DNA of 64,000 nt from Cenarchaeum sp. Lineage in GTDB: Archaea; Thermoproteota; Nitrososphaeria; Nitrososphaerales; Nitrosopumilaceae. Shown one piece after another: positions 10,572 through 20,130 of this stretch; position 1 is the first letter of the stretch; every line of letters begins with the position of its first letter. A program made the translations under genes and the position numbers. The DNA lies in contig OZ242221.1 in assembly GCA_965206845.1 (NCBI GenBank), forward strand, positions 320,001-384,000. The letters are read 5' to 3'. Under the pieces are notes generated by a model that had not been told where the DNA came from, made no database searches, and saw only the letters and a list, made by a program, of their open reading frames with translations.

Positions 10572-10751
10572 GCTGGCCCGCCGGGATCACCTCAGGCGCA
10601 GGACTCTTCGCTCAGTCGCCACACTTACCATTCCCGCGGGCGCCCCGTTGCAGTCGCAAGGCCGCACCACCCATTCACACACGCATATGCGCATAGTAAT
10701 ACGAATAAAGATTCGGAAAACTCAGCCATGTGACATGCAAACCGAAAGGCT

Positions 10752-11825
10752 TTGATCGAACCCTTGCCAAGAGACCATATGCGACCGGCAAAGGCGGTAA
10801 AACTGGGAGAGGAGTTCCTCAAGGGCATCAGCGAGGGGGAACTCGTGTCGATGCAGGTGATGGAAAAGGACTACAAGGTCAAGACCATGCTGCAGGCGGC
10901 TAGGCACCGCAAGAAAGGAATGCTCCTGAGGGAGATATCCGAGGCAATCGGAAAGGCAGTGAGCACGGTACACGGCTGGCTGCTGCGGCTCGAAGAGTGC
11001 ATGGAGAGGAGGTACGACCGCAAGAGTCCCGGCAGGCCGTGCCGCCTGTCTGACGCGCAAAGGAGTGTCCTTGACAGGGACATCGAGAAAAATCCGGAGG
11101 AGAGCGGCTTCCGTCGAAGCACGTGGACTGCCAAGCTCGTCGTCCGCTACATACTGGAAAGGTTTGGTGTCAGGTACAGCTCCGACGGCGCCCTCCGGCT
11201 TACAGACAGGCTGAACTTCTCGGTCAGGAAGGCCAGGCCGGTACCGTACAATTCGGCCACAAAGGAAGAGACAGAAAAGTACGTGAGGGATACCATAAAG
11301 GAGATAGAAGCACACACCGAGAGGGGCTACAAGGTGGTGTGTCTGGACGCGACCGCCCTGATCGACTCTCCGCTGTCCAGGCGCGGCATACGGCGCAGGG
11401 GCGGGCACGACACCGTCAAGATCAATCACTCCAAGAAGAGCATCAAGATCATCGGCGCCCTGGGCAGGAACACACTGGACATCCAGTTCCACGAAAACCT
11501 GGCCACGGGGAACATAATCGAGCTACTGGAGGAGCTCCGGCAAAAGTACGTGAACGTCTTTGTCATAATGGACAACGCGGCGGCTCACAAGAGCAGGGAC
11601 ATGGAGGCTTACATCAGGGGTACGAACGGCTCCGTGGTCAGGTGGTTCCTGCCCCCGCACACCCCGCAGCACAACCCAATCGAGATACTGTGGAGGGAGA
11701 TCAAGAGGGCGATCGCAGACACCTTCTTCGGCGGATTTGACAGGCTACAGGAGAGAATCAGGAAGATACTGGATAGCGAGGGGGTGCCCAGAACAAGGCT
11801 GTTCAGAGACATGATCCGCAATTAA
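10752..11825 (+). CDS. IS630 family transposase, C-terminus truncated by a MITE insertion
   Basis: HTH region, VCLDAT, IMDNAAAHKS, LPPHTPQHNPIEILW DDE motifs. Confidence 0.9.
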   Translation: MIEPLPRDHMRPAKAVKLGEEFLKGISEGELVSMQVMEKDYKVKTMLQAARHRKKGMLLREISEAIGKAVSTVHGWLLRLEECMERRYDRKSPGRPCRLSDAQRSVLDRDIEKNPEESGFRRSTWTAKLVVRYILERFGVRYSSDGALRLTDRLNFSVRKARPVPYNSATKEETEKYVRDTIKEIEAHTERGYKVVCLDATALIDSPLSRRGIRRRGGHDTVKINHSKKSIKIIGALGRNTLDIQFHENLATGNIIELLEELRQKYVNVFVIMDNAAAHKSRDMEAYIRGTNGSVVRWFLPPHTPQHNPIEILWREIKRAIADTFFGGFDRLQERIRKILDSEGVPRTRLFRDMIRN

Positions 11826-11944
11826 GAATCGGGCCTTCGATGCCCATAATCTTACAGATGTGTGCTCCAAAGCATGCAACTTTCGTATGATTATGCCAAA
11901 GATCGTGCTCTAATGTGCCTGCGTGCTAATTACGAATCACATCT
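11807..11944 (+). mobile_element. 138-bp MITE, copy 1
   Basis: TIR AGACATGATCCGCAATTA / AGATGTGATTCGTAATTA, CAG on both sides; near-identical to 19993-20130 and 31208-31345. Confidence 0.9.
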
Positions 11945-12272
11945 CAGGTACATGCTGGATGCCATGGGTTGTCAAAAGGGTTCGGAAGAGACCAGTTAGC
12001 TCAGAAGTGACTAGCGTCTAGGGTGGGCATTGGCTGGAGAATATGCGGCAGGCCACGCGCCGGAAGCCAAAATGTGAGCCGTCCTGCGTGGTCATGTGCA
12101 ATTTGGGTGTGCGGAGGCGCAGTGTGCCATCGACGATCCCTGCATGGCGCAAAAGGACGGGCCGGTGCGGAGTGTGGGACCGGCTGCAACGCAGTGGGGA
12201 GGCAGGTGCAGCCCCGGGATTGGCGGCGCGCGGCCTTCCGGCCCATTACTGCGGCAGGCGGCCCCGTAGGGA

Positions 12273-13049
12273 CTACCGCGGAAGTGGCGGAGCGGTGCTG
12301 ATGCCACGGCATGTGGCACCTGTGCAGCAGGGGCAGTGCGGATCGGGCGGCGGCTTTCCGCCATCCGTGCTCCAAGGAAGGATATCCATCAGCATGATCA
12401 CCTTCATGTCGGTCTGCGTGAATCTGGAGTAGACACCGCCCAGCGCGAGTGGGCTGCTTGTCAGCTCGGCGTTTGCGAGAATCCAAGCGTTGAACAGTAC
12501 AAGTGAGTAGAGAAAGCAGAGCGTCCTGACGGTGACGCTCCTGCTGCGCGTTCTTACCCTCTCGTTCTCCACCATCCTGAAGCCCGTCTCTATCATCCAC
12601 CTCTCGGCGTACCTGTCGACGTCGATCCCTGGCCTGTTTGTGGCAAACGCGATGTACCGCTCCTCGGGCTCCTCTTCGCAGGATTCCGCCTTGCGCCTCT
12701 TCTTGCTCTTTCTCTTGCGCTCCGTTATGATCATGGTATATTCTGCGTAATCGTTCTTGGACTTTGCTATGCGGAACCCCGATACCTGCGGGCGCTCCCC
12801 TTTGGAGAACTCCGTAATGGCATCGACCACGTTGGGTGTGTTGACGCAGGGAATGAGGTAGCCCACGCCCAGCTCCCCCAGCGTCCTGATGACGTCAGTA
12901 GAGAAGAACTCGCGGTCAAGCACGACCGTTCCGATCTCGGCACCCGTCCCCCTGCACGCCGTGATTGCCCTGCGCACGTAGTCGGCCGTGTCCTCAAGGG
13001 CAGGCATGTGCAGCAGCGCCAGCGCCAGCTGCACGCCCGGCCTGACGCA
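12273..13049 (-). pseudogene. ISH3-like transposase, C-terminal half
   Basis: VLDREFFS, YIAFATN, YAERWMIETGFR; joins 19132-19654 in frame once the insert is removed. Confidence 0.85.
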
Positions 13050-14442
13050 TAGTAGTGGCCACAATGATCCGATCACCTAGCCAGAAAAACTGCAAGTTTC
13101 TGTAATGTTGCAACCCCGTTACCCACACTGACCGTCTCAAGCCAGATCTGCCGATCCAAATTCGAAAGATACTGATCCGGGAAGATTGACGCCATTTTGT
13201 GAAGCCAGAAAGCGATTGCGGGAACACCCGAGAAGGCGGATGCGCGCGGCTGGAGTCCGGCACCGCGTTCATGCCGGGCGTCAGCGAGAAGAGGCTGGAA
13301 AAAGCGGCACGAAGGGAGAAGGACAAGTGCGCAAAGTTCAGGCTCTTGGCGTGCCTGGGCAGGAAGAAGGACCACAGCATACGCAGGATATCCAGGGATC
13401 TGAAAACCGCCTACTCGACTATCCGCGACTGGCTGCTGCGGATGCGCGACCGCGGACTGAAGGGCAGGTTCAACGCGAGGCCCAAGGGGCGAAGAGCCAG
13501 GCTCCCCCTCCAGATCATCCGTACCGTGCGGCGCTGGCTCAAGAGGAGCCCGAAAAAGTGTGGCTTTGAGACCGGCTCGTGGCAGATGGACATGGTAACC
13601 GAGATGATCCGGAAGGAGTTTGGCGTAACCGTCAGGGCGCGCACGCTGCGCAGGTGGCTGCGCAGGATCGGGTTCTCTTGGAGAAAGGACAGGTACGTCC
13701 CGTACAGGTCAGTCTCCAAAGAGAGGCAGGAGGAGTTCAAAAGGGAGGCAGGGGAGCGCGCGGCCCAGAGGCGCGCGGACGGTATGACCGTCTTTGCCGA
13801 GGACGAGGCCGCGGTCCAAAGATCCCAGAACCCCGCCTACGGGTGGAGGCCGACCGGGGGGCGCGAGCAGGTCAGGGCAAGCTTCTCAAGGGAGTCTGTC
13901 AGGATATTCGGCGCGATGTCCCAAGACGAGCTGCGAATAAAGATCGTGGAGTCGACGAACTTGGAGGCGTTCCGGGAATTCCTGGAGGAGATCCGCAGGG
14001 ACCGTCCGCGGTTATTCATGGTCCTTGACAACGCCTCCTACCACAAGTCGAAGGCTGTCAGGGAGTACGTGGAGTCCGCCGGGGGCGACGTCGAGCTGGA
14101 GTTTCTCCCGCCCTACACTCCGCAGCTGAACCCTGTCGAGACCGTGTGGAGGGACCTGAAGAAGAGGCTTGCCGGCAGGTTCTTCCGGTCGCTCGACGAG
14201 CTGAAGGCGGCGATAACCGCAATCCTTGAGCGCGAGATGGGCAACAGGCTCAAAGGCTATCTTGTAGCATAATCAAACTTGCCTGTACAAATACACGACT
14301 CTGCACTCCAATAGCGTACGACAGTCGCCCGTTCCAGCATGTAATCCAGAAAAATTGAAGGACGTGGAGAATAATGTCACATGGTGGTCAGTGCTTAGCA
14401 GCATTTTTCGTCAAAATGAGCGGATTGTTCTGGCCAGTACTA
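13050..14442 (+). mobile_element. IS630-family element copy A (left arm of composite transposon)
   Basis: TIR TAGTAGTGGCCACAA / TAGTACTGGCCAGAA; flanked by CGCA on both sides. Confidence 0.88.
13199..14272 (+). CDS. IS630 family transposase (intact)
   Basis: FAEDEA, VLDNASYHKS, LPPYTPQLNPVETVW; start may be ATG 13271. Confidence 0.92.
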   Translation: MKPESDCGNTREGGCARLESGTAFMPGVSEKRLEKAARREKDKCAKFRLLACLGRKKDHSIRRISRDLKTAYSTIRDWLLRMRDRGLKGRFNARPKGRRARLPLQIIRTVRRWLKRSPKKCGFETGSWQMDMVTEMIRKEFGVTVRARTLRRWLRRIGFSWRKDRYVPYRSVSKERQEEFKREAGERAAQRRADGMTVFAEDEAAVQRSQNPAYGWRPTGGREQVRASFSRESVRIFGAMSQDELRIKIVESTNLEAFREFLEEIRRDRPRLFMVLDNASYHKSKAVREYVESAGGDVELEFLPPYTPQLNPVETVWRDLKKRLAGRFFRSLDELKAAITAILEREMGNRLKGYLVA

Positions 14443-14495
14443 CGCATAATCTCTAATAAGGACGTAAAGCGTACCGTTTGTTGTAGGAATAGTCT

Positions 14496-15071
14496 ATGAA
14501 AAAAAAGACAGTTGGTATAATGACCTCAGTGATTATAGTTGTAGGAGTATTAGGAATGTTTGTCTGGCCAAATCCTGTAATACAAAATCCAAGCTTTGCA
14601 TGTGCTTTAACTGAAGGGAATCCACAAGGCCCTTACTATATCTCAGGAGCGCCAAACAAAGAGAGACTTGGAGAATCACTTGAAGGACAAAAACTAATAA
14701 TTTCTGGGCAGGTATTAAATCAGAACTGTGATCCAGTACGCGAAGCAATAGTTGACGTTTGGCAAACTGATTCAAACGGGAATTACAATTTTGAAGATTT
14801 TACACTTCGTGGAAAAATAAAGGCAGATGAGCGTGGTCAGTATAAACTTGAAACCATACTTCCTGGTAAATATTCAGAAGCTGGAGTTATGCGCCCAGCA
14901 CATATTCATGTAAAGGTCTCAGCTCCTGGTTTGCTATTGCATACTACCCAGCTTTATTTTGAGGGAGATAAAGACTATGACTTTTTTGTAAAACCTTCTT
15001 TGATTTTGAAATTAGATGAAAAAGATGGAACAAAGTATTCTGAATTTGACTTTGTTATTTTTACTCCTTGA
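14496..15071 (+). CDS. intradiol ring-cleavage dioxygenase-like protein with N-terminal TM anchor
   Basis: QGPYY, VDVWQTDSNGNY, TILPGKY, RPAHIH, TTQLYF (Tyr/His iron ligands); AT-rich. Confidence 0.88.
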   Translation: MKKKTVGIMTSVIIVVGVLGMFVWPNPVIQNPSFACALTEGNPQGPYYISGAPNKERLGESLEGQKLIISGQVLNQNCDPVREAIVDVWQTDSNGNYNFEDFTLRGKIKADERGQYKLETILPGKYSEAGVMRPAHIHVKVSAPGLLLHTTQLYFEGDKDYDFFVKPSLILKLDEKDGTKYSEFDFVIFTP

Positions 15072-15146
15072 TGAGTTTGAATACACATTTGACATGAACT
15101 GCTAATGACAAAATGTAGGTTTCAGTTTGTGATTGGGTCTTTACCT

Positions 15147-16493
15147 CAGTAATCCCAGATGTGCTCACGGAGCCACGGGATCTGGCGGTGGCTCGGGCTG
15201 GATCGTAATATTCTGATAGATTGCTATTAGCGTGGCAATTTTCATATACAGCTGCGTCACCGGAAGGACTCCGCCACACAGCTTCAGAAAGCTTGCCAGC
15301 TGCGCGTTTACCAGCGCCCATGCGTTAAACAGCGTCAGCGAGTACAGAAAGCAGAAAAGCCTGGCAGGCCTATTGCTGCCGAACGACTTTGCCCTGGCGT
15401 TCTCTACCAGTCTGTAGCATGTCTCGATGGTCCACCTTTTGGAATATTCTTCCACATCCACCCACGGGGCATTGGTGGCAAACGCAATGTATCGATCTTC
15501 CGGCGCATCTGCCTTCTTCGCCTTCTTGTCCCCGTTCTTCGTCCTCTCACTTTCTTTCCTTACTCTCTTCTTCTTTGTTATGATCATGTGGTACTGAACC
15601 GTTACCTTGTCAGAATTCGTCATGTCGGATTTTGAGATGGGGCCGAGCGTCTTGGCCACGAACTTGCGCAGCGAGTCTTTCACCCTACTGGTTCTGGTGC
15701 ACGGCATCAGGTACTCAAGGCTAAGGCGCTCAATCTCGGATATCGAGTTCACTGAAAAGAAACCCCTGTCAACCAGGATCAGTCCCAGCCTGGATCCGAC
15801 GGCGGAGACGTTTTCTAGGCACAAATTGATGATTCTACGCAGGGATTCGTGCACGGATGAAGACTTGTCCATGTATAGGGCCGCAAGGATAAGCCGCGAT
15901 TTGGAGTTGACGCACTGCGCCGTGATGTACGCCTCGAATCTGTTGGTGCCGCTCTTGCGCTCGCCACCCCTCAGGTCAGAGCCAAGTTTCTTGCTGTGGC
16001 ACGGTATCAGGTGCATGTCGATGGCCACATCAAGCACATCAGGCAACCTGCCAAGCAAGCAAATCTCATCCAGCTGTGCCCTTACCGCCTGGTTAAAAGT
16101 CTCAAGCGCCTTGCCCTCGTCCGTCTTGGACAGGATATCGCGAAACCACTCGCCGCTTGGAGAATGGCGCGAATATCTTGGATTCTCGATGGGCTGCGCC
16201 GTGATTTCTCTCATGACGAGACTGCATCCGCCGACCGAAGTGTCAAGCATCGCGGCATGCAGCATGCCGGCGTTAAAGTCGCTTGCTCCATATGTCGCGT
16301 TGTACCTTTTGGAGACCTCGGCGGACGGCACGATGCTTTCCCTCAGCATCTTCTCAACAGATTCATATATTTTGCCGTTGTTCATCATATCACGTCTCAG
16401 GCGATCTTTTTGGTAGTACACAAGGATCGTCTGGGCGCGCCCTCATTGATCTGTTTGCATTAGGTGCCAGATCTGGCACATCTGGGATTACTG
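15147..16493 (-). mobile_element. ISH3-like element (intact)
   Basis: 18-bp perfect TIR CAGTAATCCCAGATGTGC; 5-bp TSD TACCT at 15142-15146 and 16494-16498. Confidence 0.9.
15165..16421 (-). CDS. ISH3/IS4-like DDE transposase
   Basis: VAIDMH, LVDRGFFS, YSKRWTIETCYR. Confidence 0.88.
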   Translation of the reverse strand: MYYQKDRLRRDMMNNGKIYESVEKMLRESIVPSAEVSKRYNATYGASDFNAGMLHAAMLDTSVGGCSLVMREITAQPIENPRYSRHSPSGEWFRDILSKTDEGKALETFNQAVRAQLDEICLLGRLPDVLDVAIDMHLIPCHSKKLGSDLRGGERKSGTNRFEAYITAQCVNSKSRLILAALYMDKSSSVHESLRRIINLCLENVSAVGSRLGLILVDRGFFSVNSISEIERLSLEYLMPCTRTSRVKDSLRKFVAKTLGPISKSDMTNSDKVTVQYHMIITKKKRVRKESERTKNGDKKAKKADAPEDRYIAFATNAPWVDVEEYSKRWTIETCYRLVENARAKSFGSNRPARLFCFLYSLTLFNAWALVNAQLASFLKLCGGVLPVTQLYMKIATLIAIYQNITIQPEPPPDPVAP

Positions 16494-16771
16494 TACCTAA
16501 TCACAAAGCGCCCACCAATCGATATAATCGATAAAGTATTCACACGAGTATGAGAATTAAAGATTACTGAAGCATACTATTTTTTAGTAATGAATTGTTA
16601 ATTATGCCTGCGGAAGCTGATTTGAGGTTAAGACCAAGATGACCTCGATGGCGATTCAACACTCCACTTTGCCACTCTCAGTTTCCGCAAATTAATCTAG
16701 TTAACATTTGATATGAACTGTTAATAAAAAAATATAGATCTGTTATATTTCTAAAATAGCTATTAGAAAAT

Positions 16772-16876
16772 ATGAAAATACATTGTGAATGTGAAATCTG
16801 TGATCATTTTATTGCTCAAGAATGCATAATGAATGACTGCGATTGTTGTGTAAATTTTCACATGCGTTCTAGATAA
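16772..16876 (+). CDS. 34-aa Cys/His-rich small protein (putative metal-binding)
   Basis: MKIHCECEICDHFIAQECIMNDCDCCVNFHMRSR; TATA-like ttatat about 25 bp upstream. Confidence 0.55.
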   Translation: MKIHCECEICDHFIAQECIMNDCDCCVNFHMRSR

Positions 16877-16905
16877 TCTATAGTTAGATTACAAAAGATT
16901 TTGAA

Positions 16906-17706
16906 TTATTTTCTTATTTCTAATAGAATATTCTCATCATGCCATTTGATTTGCTCTAAATCATCAAAATTTTTCTTGATATTTTGTTGAAATATTTCTA
17001 GAGATTCATCAAAGATTTCTTTATCGTATAGGGCAAAGGTGGAATAGTGATTATTCTCTGCTTGAGCTACTAGTCTATCAAGACTAGATGTTCTAGAATA
17101 TCCAAACACCCTGGTGGAGTGCATATTCATGTCTGCATTTTGTATGTACTGTTTTAATTCATCCAACTCATACAAACGATCCTCTATATCTGCAAATAAT
17201 GGAAAGTGCTCTCCCCATATACTCCTAAAATTTTGATTTTTTAGTCTAGTGTAGATAAAGAGATGTCCATCATCTTTGAGTGCTCTTAGTGATTCAGACA
17301 AAAACTTTGGAACATTAAAGTGGTGTATTGCATTAAAGGTAACGATGCAATCCATTGAATTATTATCTAATGGAAGACGGTTTGCATCCCCCAGTCTTAC
17401 ACAAAAGTTTGTTGTGTTTTGCTCTATAAGATAATATTCAAGAGATTCTAACATTTTTTCATTATAATCTACACAGTGAATGTAAAATGAATCATCAAAG
17501 CATCTCAAAAACTCTAGGGAATATCGACCATCACCGCAACCAATATCTGCCATGCTAATTTTGGATTTTTTTTTTAGTTTGTCTTTTATGTGTGAAATTG
17601 GTTTTGTATCAAGTGTTCTTACACTTCGGTATTTTGAGGCAATAGCTGAAAAGTGGGCATACATATCTTGTTTGTTAAAATTAATTTCATTTTCAATATT
17701 TGACAA
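16906..17706 (-). CDS. class I SAM-dependent methyltransferase
   Basis: ADIGCGDG, GDANRLP, AIHHF, LKDDG; AT-rich. Confidence 0.9.
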   Translation of the reverse strand: MSNIENEINFNKQDMYAHFSAIASKYRSVRTLDTKPISHIKDKLKKKSKISMADIGCGDGRYSLEFLRCFDDSFYIHCVDYNEKMLESLEYYLIEQNTTNFCVRLGDANRLPLDNNSMDCIVTFNAIHHFNVPKFLSESLRALKDDGHLFIYTRLKNQNFRSIWGEHFPLFADIEDRLYELDELKQYIQNADMNMHSTRVFGYSRTSSLDRLVAQAENNHYSTFALYDKEIFDESLEIFQQNIKKNFDDLEQIKWHDENILLEIRK

Positions 17707-17740
17707 TGGTAAACATACCGGTTCATCTCATATGAATGCA

Positions 17741-19131
17741 TAGTAGTGGCCACAATGATCCGATCACCTGGCCAGAAAAACTGCAAGTTTCTGTAATGTT
17801 GTAGCCCCGCTACCCACACTGACCGCCTCAAGCCAGATCTGCCGATCCAAATTCGAAAGATACTGATCCGGGAAGATTGACGCCATTTTGTGAAGCCAGA
17901 AAGCGATTGTGGGAACACCCGAGAAGGCGGATGCGCGCGGCTGGAGTCCGGCACCGCGTTCATGCCGGGCGTCAGCGAGAAGAGGCTGGAAAAAGCGGCA
18001 CGAAGGGAGAAGGACAAGTGCGCAAAGTTCAGGCTCTTGGTGTGCCTAGGCAGGAAGGAGGGCCACAGCATACGCAGGATATCCAAGGATCTGAAAACCG
18101 CCTACTCGACTATCCGCGACTGGCTGCTGCGGATGCGCGACCGCGGACTGAAGGGCAGATTCAACGCGAGGCCCAAGGGGCGAAGAGCCAAGCTCCCCCT
18201 CCAGATCATCCGTACCGTGCGGCGCTGGCTCAAGAGGAACCCGAAAAAGTGTGGCTTTGAGACCGGCTCGTGGCAGATGGACATGGTAACCGAGATGATC
18301 CGGAAGGAGTTTGGCGTAACCGTCAGGGCGCGCACGCTGCGCAGGTGGCTGCGCAGGATCGGGTTCTCTTGGAGAAAGGACAGGTACGTCCCGTACAGGT
18401 CAGTCTCCAAAGAGAGGCAGGAGGAGTTCAAAAGGGAGGCAGGGGAGCGCGCGGCCCAGAGGCGCGCGGACGGTATGACCGTCTTTGCCGAGGACGAGGC
18501 CGCGGTCCAAAGATCCCAGAACCCCGCCTACGGGTGGAGGCCGACCGGGGGGGCGAGCAGGTCAGGGCAAGCTTCTCAAGGGAGTCTGTCAGGATATTCG
18601 GCGCGATGTCCCAAGACGAGCTGCGAATAAAGATCGTGGAGTCGACGAACTTGGAGGCGTTCCGGGAATTCCTGGAGGAGATCCGCAGGGACCGTCCGCG
18701 GTTATTCATGGTCCTTGACAACGCCTCCTACCACAAGTCGAAGGCTGTCAGGGAGTACGTGGAGTCCGCCGGGGGCGACGTCGAGCTGGAGTTTCTCCCG
18801 CCCTACACTCCGCAGCTGAACCCTGTCGAGACCGTGTGGAGGGACCTGAAGAAGAGGCTTGCCGGCAGGTTCTTCCGGTCGCTCGACGAGCTGAAGGCGG
18901 TGATAACCGCAATCCTTGAGCGCGAGATGGGCAACAGGCTCAAAGGCTACCTCGTCGCCTAAGCTGGGCCGCCTGGAAAAACCGCAATTTCGTACCGAAA
19001 CGGCGTACGGCAGCCGCGAGTTCCTTCATACATCCTTGAAAAATTGCAGGGCAATACGAATAATATCAGAGGAGGTCCGGTGTATTCCTGCATTTTTCGT
19101 CAAAATGAGCGGATTGTTCTGGCCAGTACTA
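17741..19131 (+). mobile_element. IS630-family element copy B (right arm of composite transposon)
   Basis: Same TIRs as copy A; flanked by TGCA and CGCA. Confidence 0.88.
17890..18962 (+). pseudogene. IS630 transposase with a 1-nt frameshift near 18553
   Basis: Lacks one C after the G-run relative to copy A; split into ORFs 17890-18630 and 18270-18962. Confidence 0.8.
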
Positions 19132-19654
19132 CGCACTGCGCCACAACGTACCGCTCGAAGGTGCCCGTCCTGCCCTTGCTCTTTGAGCGCACCAGTTCGG
19201 CCCCGTGCTTGCGATCCCAGCGCCGTATCAGGTGCATGTCAATGGCAATGTCCATCCGTTTTCCGCGAAGCAGGCCAAGCGACTGCAGCCTGTCCAGGTG
19301 GGAGGATATCATTCCTTCAAGCGACCTTGCCAGATCGCCCGGGTCAATCCCCAGGCAGATGTGGGACATCCACTCGCCGCAGGGGGCCTCGCGGTGGCGC
19401 TTGGCGAGCATGCATGAGGCCGTCTTCCACCTCCGCACGGCTGCGGTATATCCGAAGATCGAGGCGCCGAGCGCGGCGGCCCCCATCATGATGGCATGAA
19501 AGGCGGCAGATCCGTATTTTGCGTTGGGCTTTTTGGAGAGCGGGACGATCGGATCGAACACGGTCTCCGCCTCGCTCGTGGCAGACGAGCGGAGCCGCCG
19601 GTCGTTTGCGATGGAGCGCCGCATGCCTCTCGGCAGGCGCGGCTTGCCTGTCAT
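19132..19654 (-). pseudogene. ISH3-like transposase, N-terminal half
   Basis: PCGEW, IAIDMHLI, FERYVVAQC; homologous to the N-terminus of 15165-16421. Confidence 0.85.
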
Positions 19655-19992
19655 TTGGCGCTCCTCCCGCCTCCGTTCCCAGCGGGGCGCGGGATCGAGT
19701 TAGGCTTAAATGCCGATTCTGTGAGTCTAAACCGGTGTGTGAGCCCGTTCATGGTGATTCATTGACGGGTACTCTCACGCCGTTCATTTAACATGCAATG
19801 TTGCCTGTTTTGCAGGCGTTGGCAAATACCTCACAACGCGGGGGTGGTTGCCGCATGCGTCAGCGACGATCTGCAACACGTCCCCCTGCAATTATGCAGC
19901 ATACAAATCACTTCTGAGCTAACTGGAGACGGGCTCCGTGCCGGCGCGTCACCATGACAGCCTGCCCGAACCCACCCCGACATAGCATACTG

Positions 19993-20130
19993 AGATGTGA
20001 TTCGTAATTAGCACGCAGGCATATTAGAGCACGATCTTTGGCATAATCATACGAAAGTTGCATGCTTTGGAGCACACATCTGTAAGATTATGGGCATCGA
20101 AGGCCCGATTCTTAATTGCGGATCATGTCT
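19993..20130 (-). mobile_element. 138-bp MITE, copy 2
   Basis: Reverse-complement copy of 11807-11944, CTG on both sides. Confidence 0.9.

Larger units (their letters stand above)
11993..19925 (-). mobile_element. ISH3-like (IS4 superfamily) element, interrupted
   Basis: 18-bp perfect TIR CAGTTAGCTCAGAAGTGA; 5-bp TSD GAGAC at 11988-11992 and 19926-19930. Confidence 0.88.

Noticed and set aside
14260-14400. Diversity-generating retroelement as the cause of the IS630 tail variation
   Set aside because: Differences are not adenine-specific and no reverse transcriptase is present in the window.
18540-18560. Programmed frameshift in IS630 copy B
   Set aside because: Copy A is in frame and there is no A-rich slippery site; a mutation or sequencing error is more likely.
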